DNA of 62,146 nt, counting the filler. It is 10 parts of 10 records of this genome, joined end to end, with 100 filler letters (N's around TTAATTAATTAA, not from the genome) between each part and the next. Parts side by side here need not be neighbours in the genome. Positions count along the whole stretch, not along the records: positions 12,431 to 20,919 come from SRR15195285_1689; positions 21,020 to 25,319 come from SRR15195285_1691; positions 25,420 to 28,469 come from SRR15195285_1692; positions 28,570 to 34,990 come from SRR15195285_1698; 6 more parts are not named here. One strand, given 5' to 3'. Every line of letters starts with the position of its first letter. Position 1 is the first letter of the stretch. Shown piece after piece: positions 17,041-28,599 of this stretch. The notes below the pieces were generated by a model. It did no database searches. It was not told the DNA's origin and saw nothing but the letters and a program-made list of their open reading frames with translations. Both the position numbers and the translations under genes were made by a program.

Positions 17041-18497
17041 ATGGGCCGCTTGGTTCTCGCGCGCACACTGGCCCATGTGAGACTTGAGCCGGAGAGCGAT
17101 CTGCCTTCTCCACTCGCACACTCTCTGGTGGCCGAGGCGGACGACATCTTCCCGCGATCGCATGGGCCAGAGCGCGATGTTGACCCAGAGGCGGCACGGC
17201 AGATGGGTCTAAGCAAACGAGAAATCGCTTTCTTCAAGGAATTCGGTTATATCATCAAGCGCGGCCTCATTCCGGCCGAGGATCTCAGGTCCTGGGTTGA
17301 CAATTTCTGGGACGAGATAGTGCCGCCTGGCGTCGATCGCTCCGACCCGGCGACGTGGATTGACCCTGCCCACACCGAGGGCTGGGGGCCAAGCGCGGAA
17401 ACCATTGCGGAGAGTGAGCGGATGGTCAACATTATGGGCAGGCCCCCGAACCGTGCGTATCCCGTGTCATACGGCGACGCAAACATCAACTGGACGCAGA
17501 TTGGTGGCCAGGCGGATTTCGTCGATGTCACCTGCGCCCACCCAAACGTACTGCGCACGGTTCAAGCCCTTATCGGTGGCCCTGTAAAGCGCCCACACCG
17601 CAATCGTGGCACGTACGTCCACTTCCCCAGGCAGGAGGTGGGACGCCTCGGTCCACACAACGATACGATGCCTGCGGAGCTCTTTGGTATGGTCTACCTT
17701 TCGGACGTCCCACCGCGGTCAGGAGGGACCACGATTTGGCCGACGTCGCCACAACGTCTGTGGTCGTGCCTCGAATCTGAGCATCGTTGCGGCTTCAATC
17801 CAAACGAGAAGTACTCGTCAGAGTTCGGAGCCATCCTGGACGAGGTCAAGCCTACGGAGTTCGTGGGGGCTACAGGGGACGTCATCTTCTTGTGAGGGCA
17901 CTGCCTTCTTCACAGTGGAACCTCCATGATCCGTGTTTGATTGCTTTCTCACAGTGTGCTTCGTGCCGTAGACACCCAGCGATGATACACTCGGCTGGCA
18001 TTAACTCTGCGATTCACGGCAGCGGGACACTACGTATTGCGACAGTCATGGAATGGCAGCGTGCACGGCCGCCTGGCAAACGTACGCTCTGGTGGACCCT
18101 CAACGATTCCGCACGAGCGGTGTCGCGAGGTCCACACGATCGGCTTGAGTACAACACAAGGGCGCGACCTGACGGGTTCTTTGCACCCGCAATGGATGGA
18201 CGCGACCCAATTGATGAGGCTGAGGATGAAGTGCAGCTCGTTTGGCACCACGATGCCGCCGAGTACTGGCCGTACGAACCGCGCCCAAGCGATATGTGGG
18301 ACCGCTGGGCGTTTGACCAAGCACCGGATGCGACTCCAGACGTTGTTGTCGAGGAGCCTTGGTGGGAGAGGCATAACATCGAGCCACCCGCTACGATCTT
18401 CAAGGTGAAAGACATCGCAAAGCTAGATGAGAATGGTGTGTGGCAAATCATCGATCGTGCTGGCGCGTTGGCGGAGGCCGTAGAGTCAGTAGCATGA
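17041..18497 (+). CDS. Phytanoyl-CoA dioxygenase-family (PhyH) Fe(II)/2OG dioxygenase; 2 exons (17041-17891, 17972-18497)
   Basis: EIAFFKEFGYII, HxD motif PHND, YLSDV..RSGGTTIWP, GDVIFL|HPAMIHSAGIN, distal R in LRIA. Confidence 0.88.
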
Positions 18498-18855
18498 GGC
18501 TCGAAGTAGGCTCGGCATTGTTCCTACCTGCGTGCCAATGCGATGTCATCCGGATGCGTGTAAAGTTTACCCACATTTTCATCTTACCCAATGCATTCGG
18601 AGACGGCAGCATCTCCTAGCGAATACTGTGGACCCAAGCAGTCAAAGTGAAGCAGAACACCAAAGAATCCGCAACACACCTGATTATCAATTAGCAAACT
18701 GAGCGGGCGCGCACACATTAGCGCGATCTGGAGTACATTTTTGATTTGTTTTGTCAGCGGGGCATTTCTATGAAGTGTGTAGTATCGATACACGTTTCCA
18801 ACCACACTGCACCCGGGCAGCTGCTAGGTTTGCTCTTTCACTTTTGCTCCTGTCA

Positions 18856-20794
18856 TCAGGGCAGTTTGATCGCGTCGAACACCTGGGCCGGTGGCTTTCC
18901 AACCACCTGCAGCGCGGTGTACAGATCTTTCGCCGGGTGCTTGCCGAAGCCAGTGATCATGTCGCCTAGCGATTTCTGGCCGCAGCGCGCTGCATGGATT
19001 GTGTCGGACGTCGCACCGCTAGCGATGCAGGCTCCACATGCTGATCCGCCTAGCAGAAAGCACTGGTTCCCAGGATTCTCGCAGAAATGGTCATAGATAT
19101 AGTAGTCAAGGCCGAGGCCTCCAACTGTCGTGGCAAGCCAGACCACAAGGAAGTAGTACTGACTGTCGCCAAGCCAGGCTCCTGCTCCCCACGGGCCAGT
19201 GCCGGCCCGCCTTACCACTGTCCCGAACGCGGCACTGATCGCATGGTTGTATGCAGCTGGGCTATATGCTGCCATCCATAGGCCAACGTCTTCGTCGATG
19301 TGGCGCCGCTGGAAATCGCAGCCATTGTTGAGCAGCTGGTCCGGCGTGCAAGCTGCCGGCTTGTGGCAGTCGATGCAGTAGCTGGCGACAGCGACGAAGG
19401 ACGACGGCACGATACTCACTTTCTTACTGCCGAGACTAATGGTCGCCCGGGAACTGTCTAAGATGGCAGAATTTAGCCAGTTAGTTGGCTGGATAGAGCC
19501 ACAGTCGGCTTGCTTGTTCGAGGTCTCTCCTGTGATGTTGTTAACAATCCGACGCGCGCCCAACAGAGTAAACGGCACGGGCAGCATCGGATTGCCCGCC
19601 TGAGTCGTAAAGAACGCGAAGGCTAGCACTTCGCTGTAGAATTGGACCAGCGATTCGTCCTGGGTGAACGCGATGTCACACAGCTGCGCGCCGCCGCCGA
19701 CGTCGCCTCCAGCGATATCGGTAAGGGCTTGGAACGGCGTTCCGCCGGTCATGAAGTCGGATACGTTGCATAGGGCCCCAAGCCCGGTCGAGCCTTTGCC
19801 ACAGATGACGGGAGGTTCAAGCGTTGTGTTGCTGAGGCTTTGTTTCCACAAAACGGGAGCTGATGTGGGTGTTGCACCGATGAGCATGGTCCCATCATGC
19901 AGCGCACCGTCACTAGAGAGCTCTACATAATTGACCGCAAGTAAAGAGAGGAGCGAGAGTAGGAAGGTGCTTTTGCCAGCCTTGGAGCACCTCTTCAGCG
20001 CCGCGCTCAGGCCCTCCGCCGTGCCGTTTACTGTGTTGCCCATCAGACTATTCGCAACGATAAAGGCTAGCTGTCGCTGAGAAATGGCGACGACCTTGTT
20101 GTCGGACGGTGCCTTCAAGTCAACGTACGGCAGTCTATTACCCATGCCGAAAGGGTCGCTAGCGAGCAGTGCCTCCATGAACCCCGCAATCTTTGATAAA
20201 GTGATGACTTGCCCCTTAATTGCAGGCGGATGGGTGAGCCAGCGCGATGCAACTGACTTGAATGTACTGTCTGGCACGCCTGGTAGTGAGCTGAGTGTAC
20301 CCACTTCGTGCGAGAGCTGCGTGGGGGAGATACGCCACTGCAGCGTGGCAAAGCTGTCACAGTCATCAGCACCAGAGCACATGAAGAAAGGCCAGCCGCC
20401 CGGCGGGGCGGGTGGCAGCGGCGGTGGTGCTGGCCCGGGTCCGGGTCCCGGGGGTGCGGGTGGCCCTGGCGGGGGCCTGAAGCAGCGCGGAAAAGGTGTC
20501 ATTCGAGTGTGCAAAACAGTCCACGGCATCATTTGTGATTTTGTATACTCACGCCGGGCCCGTGTTGCAGTCACAGGCAGCGCCACCGCAAGCGCAGCAA
20601 GCCACAGCGCCAGGGCACTGCTGTGGCGGCTTCGTCGTGGGATTGCAGCAGACTTTGCTGCCAGGGCCACACGCGCGGCACGTGCCACCTGCAGCCGTCA
20701 AGCCGCTGCTGCTGCTGCTGCTGCTTCTGGTGGTGAGCACCCGCTGCAGGAGTGAGAGCACCAGGAGGCAGCACAGCCCCAGTGCCAGCCGCAT
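18856..20794 (-). CDS. Secreted Cys-rich PARG-like (poly-ADP-ribose glycohydrolase macrodomain-fold) protein; 2 exons (20794-20553, 20476-18856)
   Basis: Signal peptide MRLALGLCCLLVLSLL. A GTGAGT..TTCAG 76-bp intron joins the Cys-rich exon in frame to a Pro linker. PARG-like motifs in order: ISQRQLAFIVANSL, TDIAGGDVGGG-x9-QDE..FYSE, LLGAR, TGPWGAGAWLGD..LVVWLA. Confidence 0.78.
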
Positions 20795-20919
20795 GTGGAG
20801 GATGGCCGTGCAGGGCGTGGGTAGGTGGGTGTGGGTACGTAGGTCGGAGCCTAGCTCGGCGCTTACATCACGCCGCGGGCGGCGTCACCTAGCGATACTG
20901 GCCGACGTGATACAGCGGT

Positions 20920-21019
20920 NNNNNNNNNNNNNNNNNNNNNNNNNNNNNNNNNNNNNNNNNNNNTTAATTAATTAANNNNNNNNNNNNNNNNNNNNNNNNN
21001 NNNNNNNNNNNNNNNNNNN
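20920..21019. other. Artificial contig spacer
   Basis: N44-TTAATTAATTAA-N44. Confidence 0.97.
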
Positions 21020-23425
21020 AGCAGCAGCAGCAGCAGCAGCCGCAGCAGAAGCAGAAGCAGGACCAGCACGAAGATAATGCCCGATCGCCGCGTAAGAAAG
21101 CTCGGCGGGTGTCATCTCGGTTGCCGCCGCAGCCATTCCGGCTCCTGATGACAAAAGGTATTTGCGCAAAGGCGAACACTGGTTGCCCCCGGCTGCGATC
21201 TTTGCTCAACCTGGACGGCATGGTTGATGCGGTTTTGAGCAACTATATGTTTGACTTTCCTTGGCTCCGGCGTGAGTGCCCGTACTTGGAAAAGCTGCGG
21301 CGCGTTACAGTCATACACGACGCGAGAGACTCAGAAAAAATGGAAGCCATACCTCCGAATGCGGTCCTCCACGCTCCTCCTCTCCCAATCCCATGGGGCA
21401 CAATGCATTCCAAGTTCGCGCTGATATTTTCTGCAACGCAGCTGCGTCTGATGATCACGACAGCAAACTACATCTCCATCGACTGGGAAAACAAAACCCA
21501 GGCAGTATGGAACCAGGATTTTCCGCTAAAAAGTGCAAGCGGCTGCGATGACAGAAGGAGTTCGGGCGAGTTTGAAGACTCCTTGGTGGAGTACCTCGAG
21601 GCGGTTGGCGGGTTCGACGTGGCTGCGCTGCGGAAGTTCGATTTTAGTTCTGCTCGTGCGCGGCTCGTGGCATCAGTCCCAGGCTATCATAGTGGCGGTG
21701 CGATGAACAAGTGGGGCCACATGAGATTAAGAAGACTGCTCCAAGATGTTTCGGTAGAACCGCGGTTTGACTCGGTGGTTTCACAGTTCAGTTCGATGGG
21801 CGCCGTCCCAGAGAAGTGGATCAGACAGAACTGGCTACCGTCAGTGAGCAGCTGCCGTGCAACTGGAGCTGCAGATCGACCTGTGCCGAAGCTTCAGCTT
21901 GTCATTCCAACAGAGACCGAGGTTTGCAACTCTGTTGAAGGCTGGGCGGCTGGTCAAGCAATCCCGATTAAAAAAAACAAGCATCAACCGTATGATAATC
22001 GCGACGCACCTGCATAATTATCTCTAGAGGATACCTTTGCCTCTCCTACGGTAATTGCTCACTGTTGGTTGTATTTGCAGATATATGCGTGAGTGGAAGC
22101 AGCCCACCGCGTTCACAGACCAAGGGTTTGCTGTGAATTATGGGCAAACCGTCGATCTCTACCATAGATGGAGCTCAAAGAGCAGCGTAGCACTCGTGCG
22201 TCACGGTGTGCCTGCATTGTTTAAGCGCAACTTGTGTTTCACAGTTGCTCGGTCTTGCAGGATAAAAATGGATGTACGAGTATGGATGATGGTTGCTCTG
22301 GACGCGCCAGGGCTATGCCACACATCAAATCCTTTGCACGTTACTGCAGCGATTCGACCGGTATGCCCCAACATGCTCTCTAATGATCCGCAGCAACGTA
22401 GGGAATCTGAAAGCCTTTTTTGGACCGAGCAGAACAACAGCCAACCGAACTCGCTTGGGTACTGGTCACTTCGCACAACTTCGGGCCTTCTCCGTGGGGC
22501 GATCTGCAAAAAGCTCAGACACAGCTGATGATTCGCTCCTACGAACTCGGAGTTCTTGTTACGCCGGAGACGGAGCTTGCAGCGCGAGCGGCGGTGGGTG
22601 CTGGAAATGTGATGTCAGTGCGGCTACTACAAGGTGTTGCTGGTCCTCCCGCCCCTGCGTCTGCTGGTCCAGATCACGACGATGCAGGACAGGTGCGCGC
22701 TCCTCACTTAACCAGCTGGAGTTGAAGCAGCCTGACATCTCGCTGTGTTCGACACTGCACTACAGGCGATCAGTTGGGTTCCACTGCCATACAAGCTTCC
22801 CCCAGCCCCATACTGCGACAAGGATATTCCCTGGGCGCATGACAGCGAACAACATCAACCAGACTGCCTTGGCAACTTCTTTATGGCTGGACAAACGTTG
22901 ACGATGCACGGCCCAGTACGTGATCGAGCTGCTGGTGGCACCAGTGCTGTTGCTAAGCGAGATTCGGGCGGATCTTACCCTAACCCTAAAGTGCACGAGC
23001 AGCAGTATAGACAGCAGCAGCTGCAACGTCAGCATCAGCAAAAACTCCAGCAGCAACAGAGTAGCCAAGCTGGGGCCTCAAACCAACACGTCAGCCAGGA
23101 CGATGCAGCCGGTAGCGTCAAAAGCATCGCTGCCCAATGGAGTTGGAAAGCGGGTGCTGGATGGCAAAAGTACGACAGTAAGACAAGTGCTACCCTCGAG
23201 CAGTGCCACGGCCGATTTTTTGCCTGCAAGCTCAGCGGCTCAGACCCTGGGGCTTTCGTTACAGTAGAGGTGGGTGGAGGAAGGCACGTCAACTTGGCAA
23301 CAATGCAGCAGGTCGTCACCGCTACCCCTGGGCGAACGCGGCATGTCCGTCGGCGTGGCCCAGCTCCAAGCGCGTATGGTGCGCGTGCCAATAATCCGGT
23401 CCACTCCCGAGACACTTGGGTATAA
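21020..23425 (+). CDS. TDP1: Tyrosyl-DNA phosphodiesterase 1 (5'-truncated, about 5 exons) with C-terminal WWE domain
   Basis: [57 protein letters not shown], second catalytic motif [32 protein letters not shown]...[14 protein letters not shown]. Confidence 0.93.
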
Positions 23426-23458
23426 TAGCAAGATATACATTTGCACGCCTGTATAGCC

Positions 23459-25072
23459 TTAGACTGGGCTCAATACAATCTCAGTCTCAATGCCGTCCTC
23501 ACGAGATGCCTCCACGTCAACTAGAACTGGAATATACCCACTTGCGGTAATATTGACCTGAAAAGTGCCTGTGGGAACCCACAAGTGAAAGCGTCCGAAA
23601 GCATTTGTTGTGACAGCCTCGTCAAAGTTCCAGGCAAAAGCCGTCGTACGCAGGGATGCGCCCTGCACAGCTTCGCCAGTGACAACGTCACGCACGTGTC
23701 CAAATGCCTGCAGGGCAGCAAGCATGGCACACGCATACATTGGATCTACAGCTGATCATCTCAGCGGGGAGACTGTACACACACAAATGCTCAACACGCA
23801 TGCACCATCATCCGTGCAGGTAGTACGGAAGCGCACCGGTATCGGGAGCTCAAAAAAGTTCAGTATACCAGGCAGGTTCTCTGTTTCAAGTTCCTCCATC
23901 TGTTGCCACGAAGCAGAAGCGCATCGACCAGCAGTCAGGCAAGGTGGTGCGGACCATGTTGAGGAATGGAACGCGGGAAGTGGACTCACTGTGTCCTCGT
24001 ATGGTGGCTGGAAGGAGCGCCCTTGCTCAAATAGAATCGACATGGACCCATGGCTAGAGAACGCGAAAGAAATTTCGCCACCACTGCAGCAAGAGCGGAC
24101 TGGAATGTATCCCATGTCACTCGCAACGACCGACACGATACCGGTGTACATAGTGTCAATCTCGTCCGGCAGCGAGGCGCAAGACGCGTAGTTCTGGCGA
24201 ACATCGCGACCAGACGAGTGCAAATCCACGATCTTGGCAAACTTGCGCGAAGCCTGCCACGCAATCATTGTCTGCATCTCTGGCTCTGAAGCGGCAGACG
24301 GGCCTCGATACGTGCCCGAACTCATTTGCGTTGAGCCGCCGCAGGAGAAGTCCCAGCCGAACGGGTAATTCCGGTTTAAGTCCACGCCAAACGAACCATC
24401 GGGATTTGGCAACCGATTTTTGCGCCAGTTGTTGTCCACGTCGAAGACATAGTTCCAGCCATCCGGGTTCCAGTCCCAGGCAAGATATACCTGGGTCCCG
24501 GAAAGAAGCTGTCGCACACGCGGGTCGTCGCGGCCATCTTCGAGCATGTATCGTGCCACAACTAGGACGGTCTCCGGCCCCATTATTTCGCGCGCGTGGT
24601 GCATGCCGACCAGGAGGACGTTCGGCTCGTCCTCGTCCTCCGCAGCGTTATCCGAGACCTTGAGCGCGTAGATGTGCGACCCGCCGGTGGTCGGTGGGGT
24701 GCCGAACTCCTCAGTGAGGTCGATGAGGCGAGAGCGCTCCGGGTGCTCCAGCGCGAGGATTTCGAAGATGCGCATCATCTCCGCTGGCGGAATGTACCCT
24801 TCAGGAACAAGGAACTCGCGACCGGGTCGGCCTTGGTGCCGTTCGATAACGGCGCACCCTGGGTGCTCCGCGAGCAGACCCTCAGTGTGGTTCTTGTCGC
24901 GGTGGTCAACGAAGAGGTCGCCGTGCGTGGCATTGATGGGAAGGTAGTCATCCGCACCGAGGAGCTCCCCACAAGACGCCCCGGCCACGGCAAGCCGCCA
25001 CGTCGTGTTCCTCTGCGTCGAGCCACTCGCCAGACCGAACAGCAGCGCGCCCGCGAATAGCGGAGCGATCAT
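23459..25072 (-). CDS. Secreted zinc carboxypeptidase M14 (CpT-like) with C-terminal carboxypeptidase-regulatory beta domain; 3 exons
   Basis: Signal peptide, KVSDN, HHARE, NPDG, WRKNR, GVDLNRNY, YRGPSAASEPE, DLHS; last exon GHVRD..TGEAVQGA...FGRFHL...ITASGY. Confidence 0.92.
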
Positions 25073-25319
25073 CGCCTCTCTCTCTCTCCCTCTCCCTATA
25101 GAGCGAGACTGCGATCCCACGGCGTATATTGCGCACAGGGAGGATCGCTGCGGCGCCGTCGGGGTCGCGACGCACCAACTCAGAGCGGAGAGGCGACCGC
25201 CCGACCCGGTTGGTATGTTCTATATGTGTACACCCGCGGTACCGTAGCGACAGTGTCCGCGCGGCTCGCGCTCGCGCGTCGCGCGCGCGGTGCCGCGCGG
25301 GTGGGATCGACGCGTGTGG

Positions 25320-25419
25320 NNNNNNNNNNNNNNNNNNNNNNNNNNNNNNNNNNNNNNNNNNNNTTAATTAATTAANNNNNNNNNNNNNNNNNNNNNNNNN
25401 NNNNNNNNNNNNNNNNNNN
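25320..25419. other. Artificial contig spacer
   Basis: N44-TTAATTAATTAA-N44. Confidence 0.97.
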
Positions 25420-25650
25420 GGCTCGCTGGAACCGCCTCGAGCAGCCCGATCAGACTGGCCAGACAGCGATCCAAACCGCGCCAGCGCGCAGCCGCCCTGA
25501 GGCATTCGCGCGCGTGCGGGCCATGCGCGTCGGTGGGTCACCCGCGCGTCGGTATTATAAATTTACAGATACAGACACTTACCGTACTAAATTGCTGTGG
25601 CCGGGCCGGGACGGCGACGCGCGCCGCCGGCACGCCATGCACGCAACGGC

Positions 25651-28093
25651 ATGGCGGTACACGTGACGCTGCTGGCGGCGGCAGCGTGGCTCTGCGCAGC
25701 GACTGAGGCCGTTCCCGTCGGCCCGGCGGGCTGGCCGTCCTTCCTTTGCGAACGAGTCCTGCCACGCCGCCACGCCGGCCGGCCGCATCATCCGCATTAA
25801 CAACGTCACGCATGCCCAGTGCGCCGCTGCGTGCGCTGCGCGGCAGTGCGGCTGCTTCGACATGACGGCCCAGGGCGGCTGCGACGGCACGGCGGAGTTC
25901 TGGGGCTTCCGCAAGAGCAGCGATCGCACGGCCTGGACCAACTCCACGGCTCCACGGCCGCCGCCGCCACCGCCTATACCGACGCCGACAGGACCGTTCA
26001 GCCTCCACCCGACCCTCGGGGACAACGTCGTCCTGCAGCGCGCACCTGCCCGAGCCGCACTGTTCGGGTGGGGGCGGCAGGGGGGCGTCACGATCACTGT
26101 TCATTTTCGCGGCAAGGCCTATGAAGGCACAGTCGCACCCAACAGCAGCAGCCTCGGCGCCTTAATGTGGCGAGTTGAGCTGCCGCCGACGCCGGCCTCA
26201 GCAGCGCCCGAAAACATTACTCTCGAAGCCGCGGGCACAACGTTGACGCTCGCCAACGTGCTGTTTGGCGACGTCTGGACTTGCGGCGGCCAGTCTAACA
26301 TGGCTGTGCCACTGGACGAGACGTTCGAGTGGTTTCACCCGCACGTTTCCAACGACACTGACTATCCAATCAACGTCATGGCATTCCCTCATGTGAACGG
26401 CCTCAACCACAGTACAATCCACGTCGCGAAAGGTAGGACACGCTGGACTGCAGAACCACGAGCGGCTTTTTGAGCACACATTATGGGGGGAAGGTGACTT
26501 ACTACGTCTGGCGATTGTATTGTGTGCAAACAGATGATCCGATCCCGTGGCTGACCTCCAGCTACGATAGCCTGACGCCGTTCTCTGCCGTTTGCTACTA
26601 CTTCGGCAAGGCACTGTACAAGCGCATGGCGGAGGAGGGTGACGCTGTCCCAATCGGACTCATCAAAAACGAGTGGGGAGGGTCGCTTATTGAGTCCTGG
26701 GTGCCAGACAGCAATCCTGCAACGGGCGAGACCTATTGCACTGAGCGTGAGAGCCGGGAAGGACGCACGCCAGGGAAGTTGTACAACTCGATGATCATGC
26801 CCATGTCCAACCTAACGATCAAAGGAGTGCTATGGTACCAGGTGTGCCTCCTGGTCGCTGTCTGTCTAGGTGGCTGTGGCACTGCATTGTGAGTTCTTTG
26901 CTTGGTTTTCACCTTCAAAACTATGCCGATTGCTGTACGCGTCTCTACAGGGAGAACAAAACGGCGCGAATCCTGGGTGCTACGAGAACAAAACTGGGTA
27001 TGCTTGTCTCTTACCTGCCCTTGACGACTCGTGGCGATATGCATTCAAAAAGGGCTCTGCCACAGATCCGGCATTCCCGCTTGGTGTAAGAACGCGAAAC
27101 ACTTCCTAAACAGTTGCAGCAAGTTGACCGCAATCGAAACTAACGGCGTTTTCGAATGAACAGGTGGTCTCTCTTCATGGGTGGTGTGGCGAGGAAGAGG
27201 CACAATGTACGATGGACCCTGAGAAGCGCACAGACAACACAGCGAGAATAAGATGGGCGCAGACCGCCGACTGGGGTTTTCTGCCAAATCCTCGCTTGCC
27301 ACACACGTTCGTTGCGATGGCTTACGACCAACCAGACCCACGCAATGGCTCGCACTGCTTCTGGAACACTACAGCCAACAAGTGTGAAAACGTACCGTAT
27401 CCGGGATCATGCGTGGCGGGCAAGGAGATCTGCCCGCCGCCAGCTGGACTCATGGGGGGCAACATTCACCCCAGAAACAAGCTATTGTTAGGCGATCGCA
27501 TCGCGCGTGCTGCCAAGGCGATGGCGTATGGCGATAGCAAGATCACATTTACAGGACCCGTAGTGACTGGATGCACGGTGGCAAAAGGCACTACTAGTAG
27601 TAAGGTGACCTTCACATTCGATGGGACACTGATGCGAGGAGAGGCGCTGCGCGTGAAGGTCGCCCGCGGGTTTGAGGTCAGAAACGCCGCCACAGGGAAC
27701 TGGACCTGGGTGACGATAGCCACAAAACTCGGGGTACAGGCTGCACCGAGAGTTGCAATCGACATACCTGCCGGGATATCTGTGGATGCAGTGCGCTACA
27801 ATTGGCTAGACAACGTCGCGTGCCCTGGCGCCTACTGCGACTACACCAAGCCTACTGTAAACCAATCGTGCGACATGGCGCACCCACACAACCGCGGGCT
27901 CACGGAGCAAAACTTTTATTGGTGCTTCAACCCGACGGAAACAATTGCTCTCTACACCAGCGAATCGGATCTCCCAGCCCCTCCTTTCGTGCTTGAGGTC
28001 GAAGGTGGTGGTTGCGTGATGCCACACGGTGTGCACGCGATGGGGCGCAGAGAAGATGGCCAACAACCGTTGAACCACCTACAGCAAACGTAA
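25651..28093 (+). CDS. SIAE: Secreted sialate O-acetylesterase-like SGNH hydrolase with N-terminal PAN/Apple-like module; frameshift near the 5' end; about 4 exons
   Basis: GDNVVLQR, FGDVWTCGGQSNM, FSAVCYYFG, PIGLI..WGGSLIESW, LYNSMI.P, IKGVLWYQ|GEQN, IHPRNK, AVRYNW. Confidence 0.88.
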
Positions 28094-28469
28094 TTCCAAC
28101 GCACAACGGTGGGGCCGTCCACAGTGACACACAGGCGCTGTGTATTTGTACAGCTGCATGTATTTTGATGCATTCGAGTACGTCCACTCACTCGTGAGCA
28201 CGCGAGCACAACCAAACACGCGTGGCGGCTATCGAGCTTGCCAATCTCAAGCGCGTGATCACATCTGCTCCCTCAACGGAGCCAAAGTAGTAGTGAGTGG
28301 GTCCACAGCGCTGCCTGGCCTTGTTGGTGACGTAGCAGCAGTATCTCCATCGTACTGTGCTCGCTGCAAGTGACAAACCGGCTCTCCATGGTCCCGATTG
28401 GCTGCAGGGTGGGGGCGTGAGGAGCAGCTGCTGGAGCCACCCCAACCACCCCCAGTGCGCGCCGTCCAA

Positions 28470-28569
28470 NNNNNNNNNNNNNNNNNNNNNNNNNNNNNNN
28501 NNNNNNNNNNNNNTTAATTAATTAANNNNNNNNNNNNNNNNNNNNNNNNNNNNNNNNNNNNNNNNNNNN
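28470..28569. other. Artificial contig spacer
   Basis: N44-TTAATTAATTAA-N44. Confidence 0.97.
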
Positions 28570-28599
28570 CTGCTGCTGCTGCCGCCGCCGCCGCCGCCG

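Noticed and set aside
13103-20794. Sulfatase, GH20, PhyH and PARG-like genes as a polysaccharide-utilisation-like cluster
   Set aside because: Secreted hydrolases occur on most contigs in the window, so local co-occurrence is expected by chance, and the GH20 appears truncated
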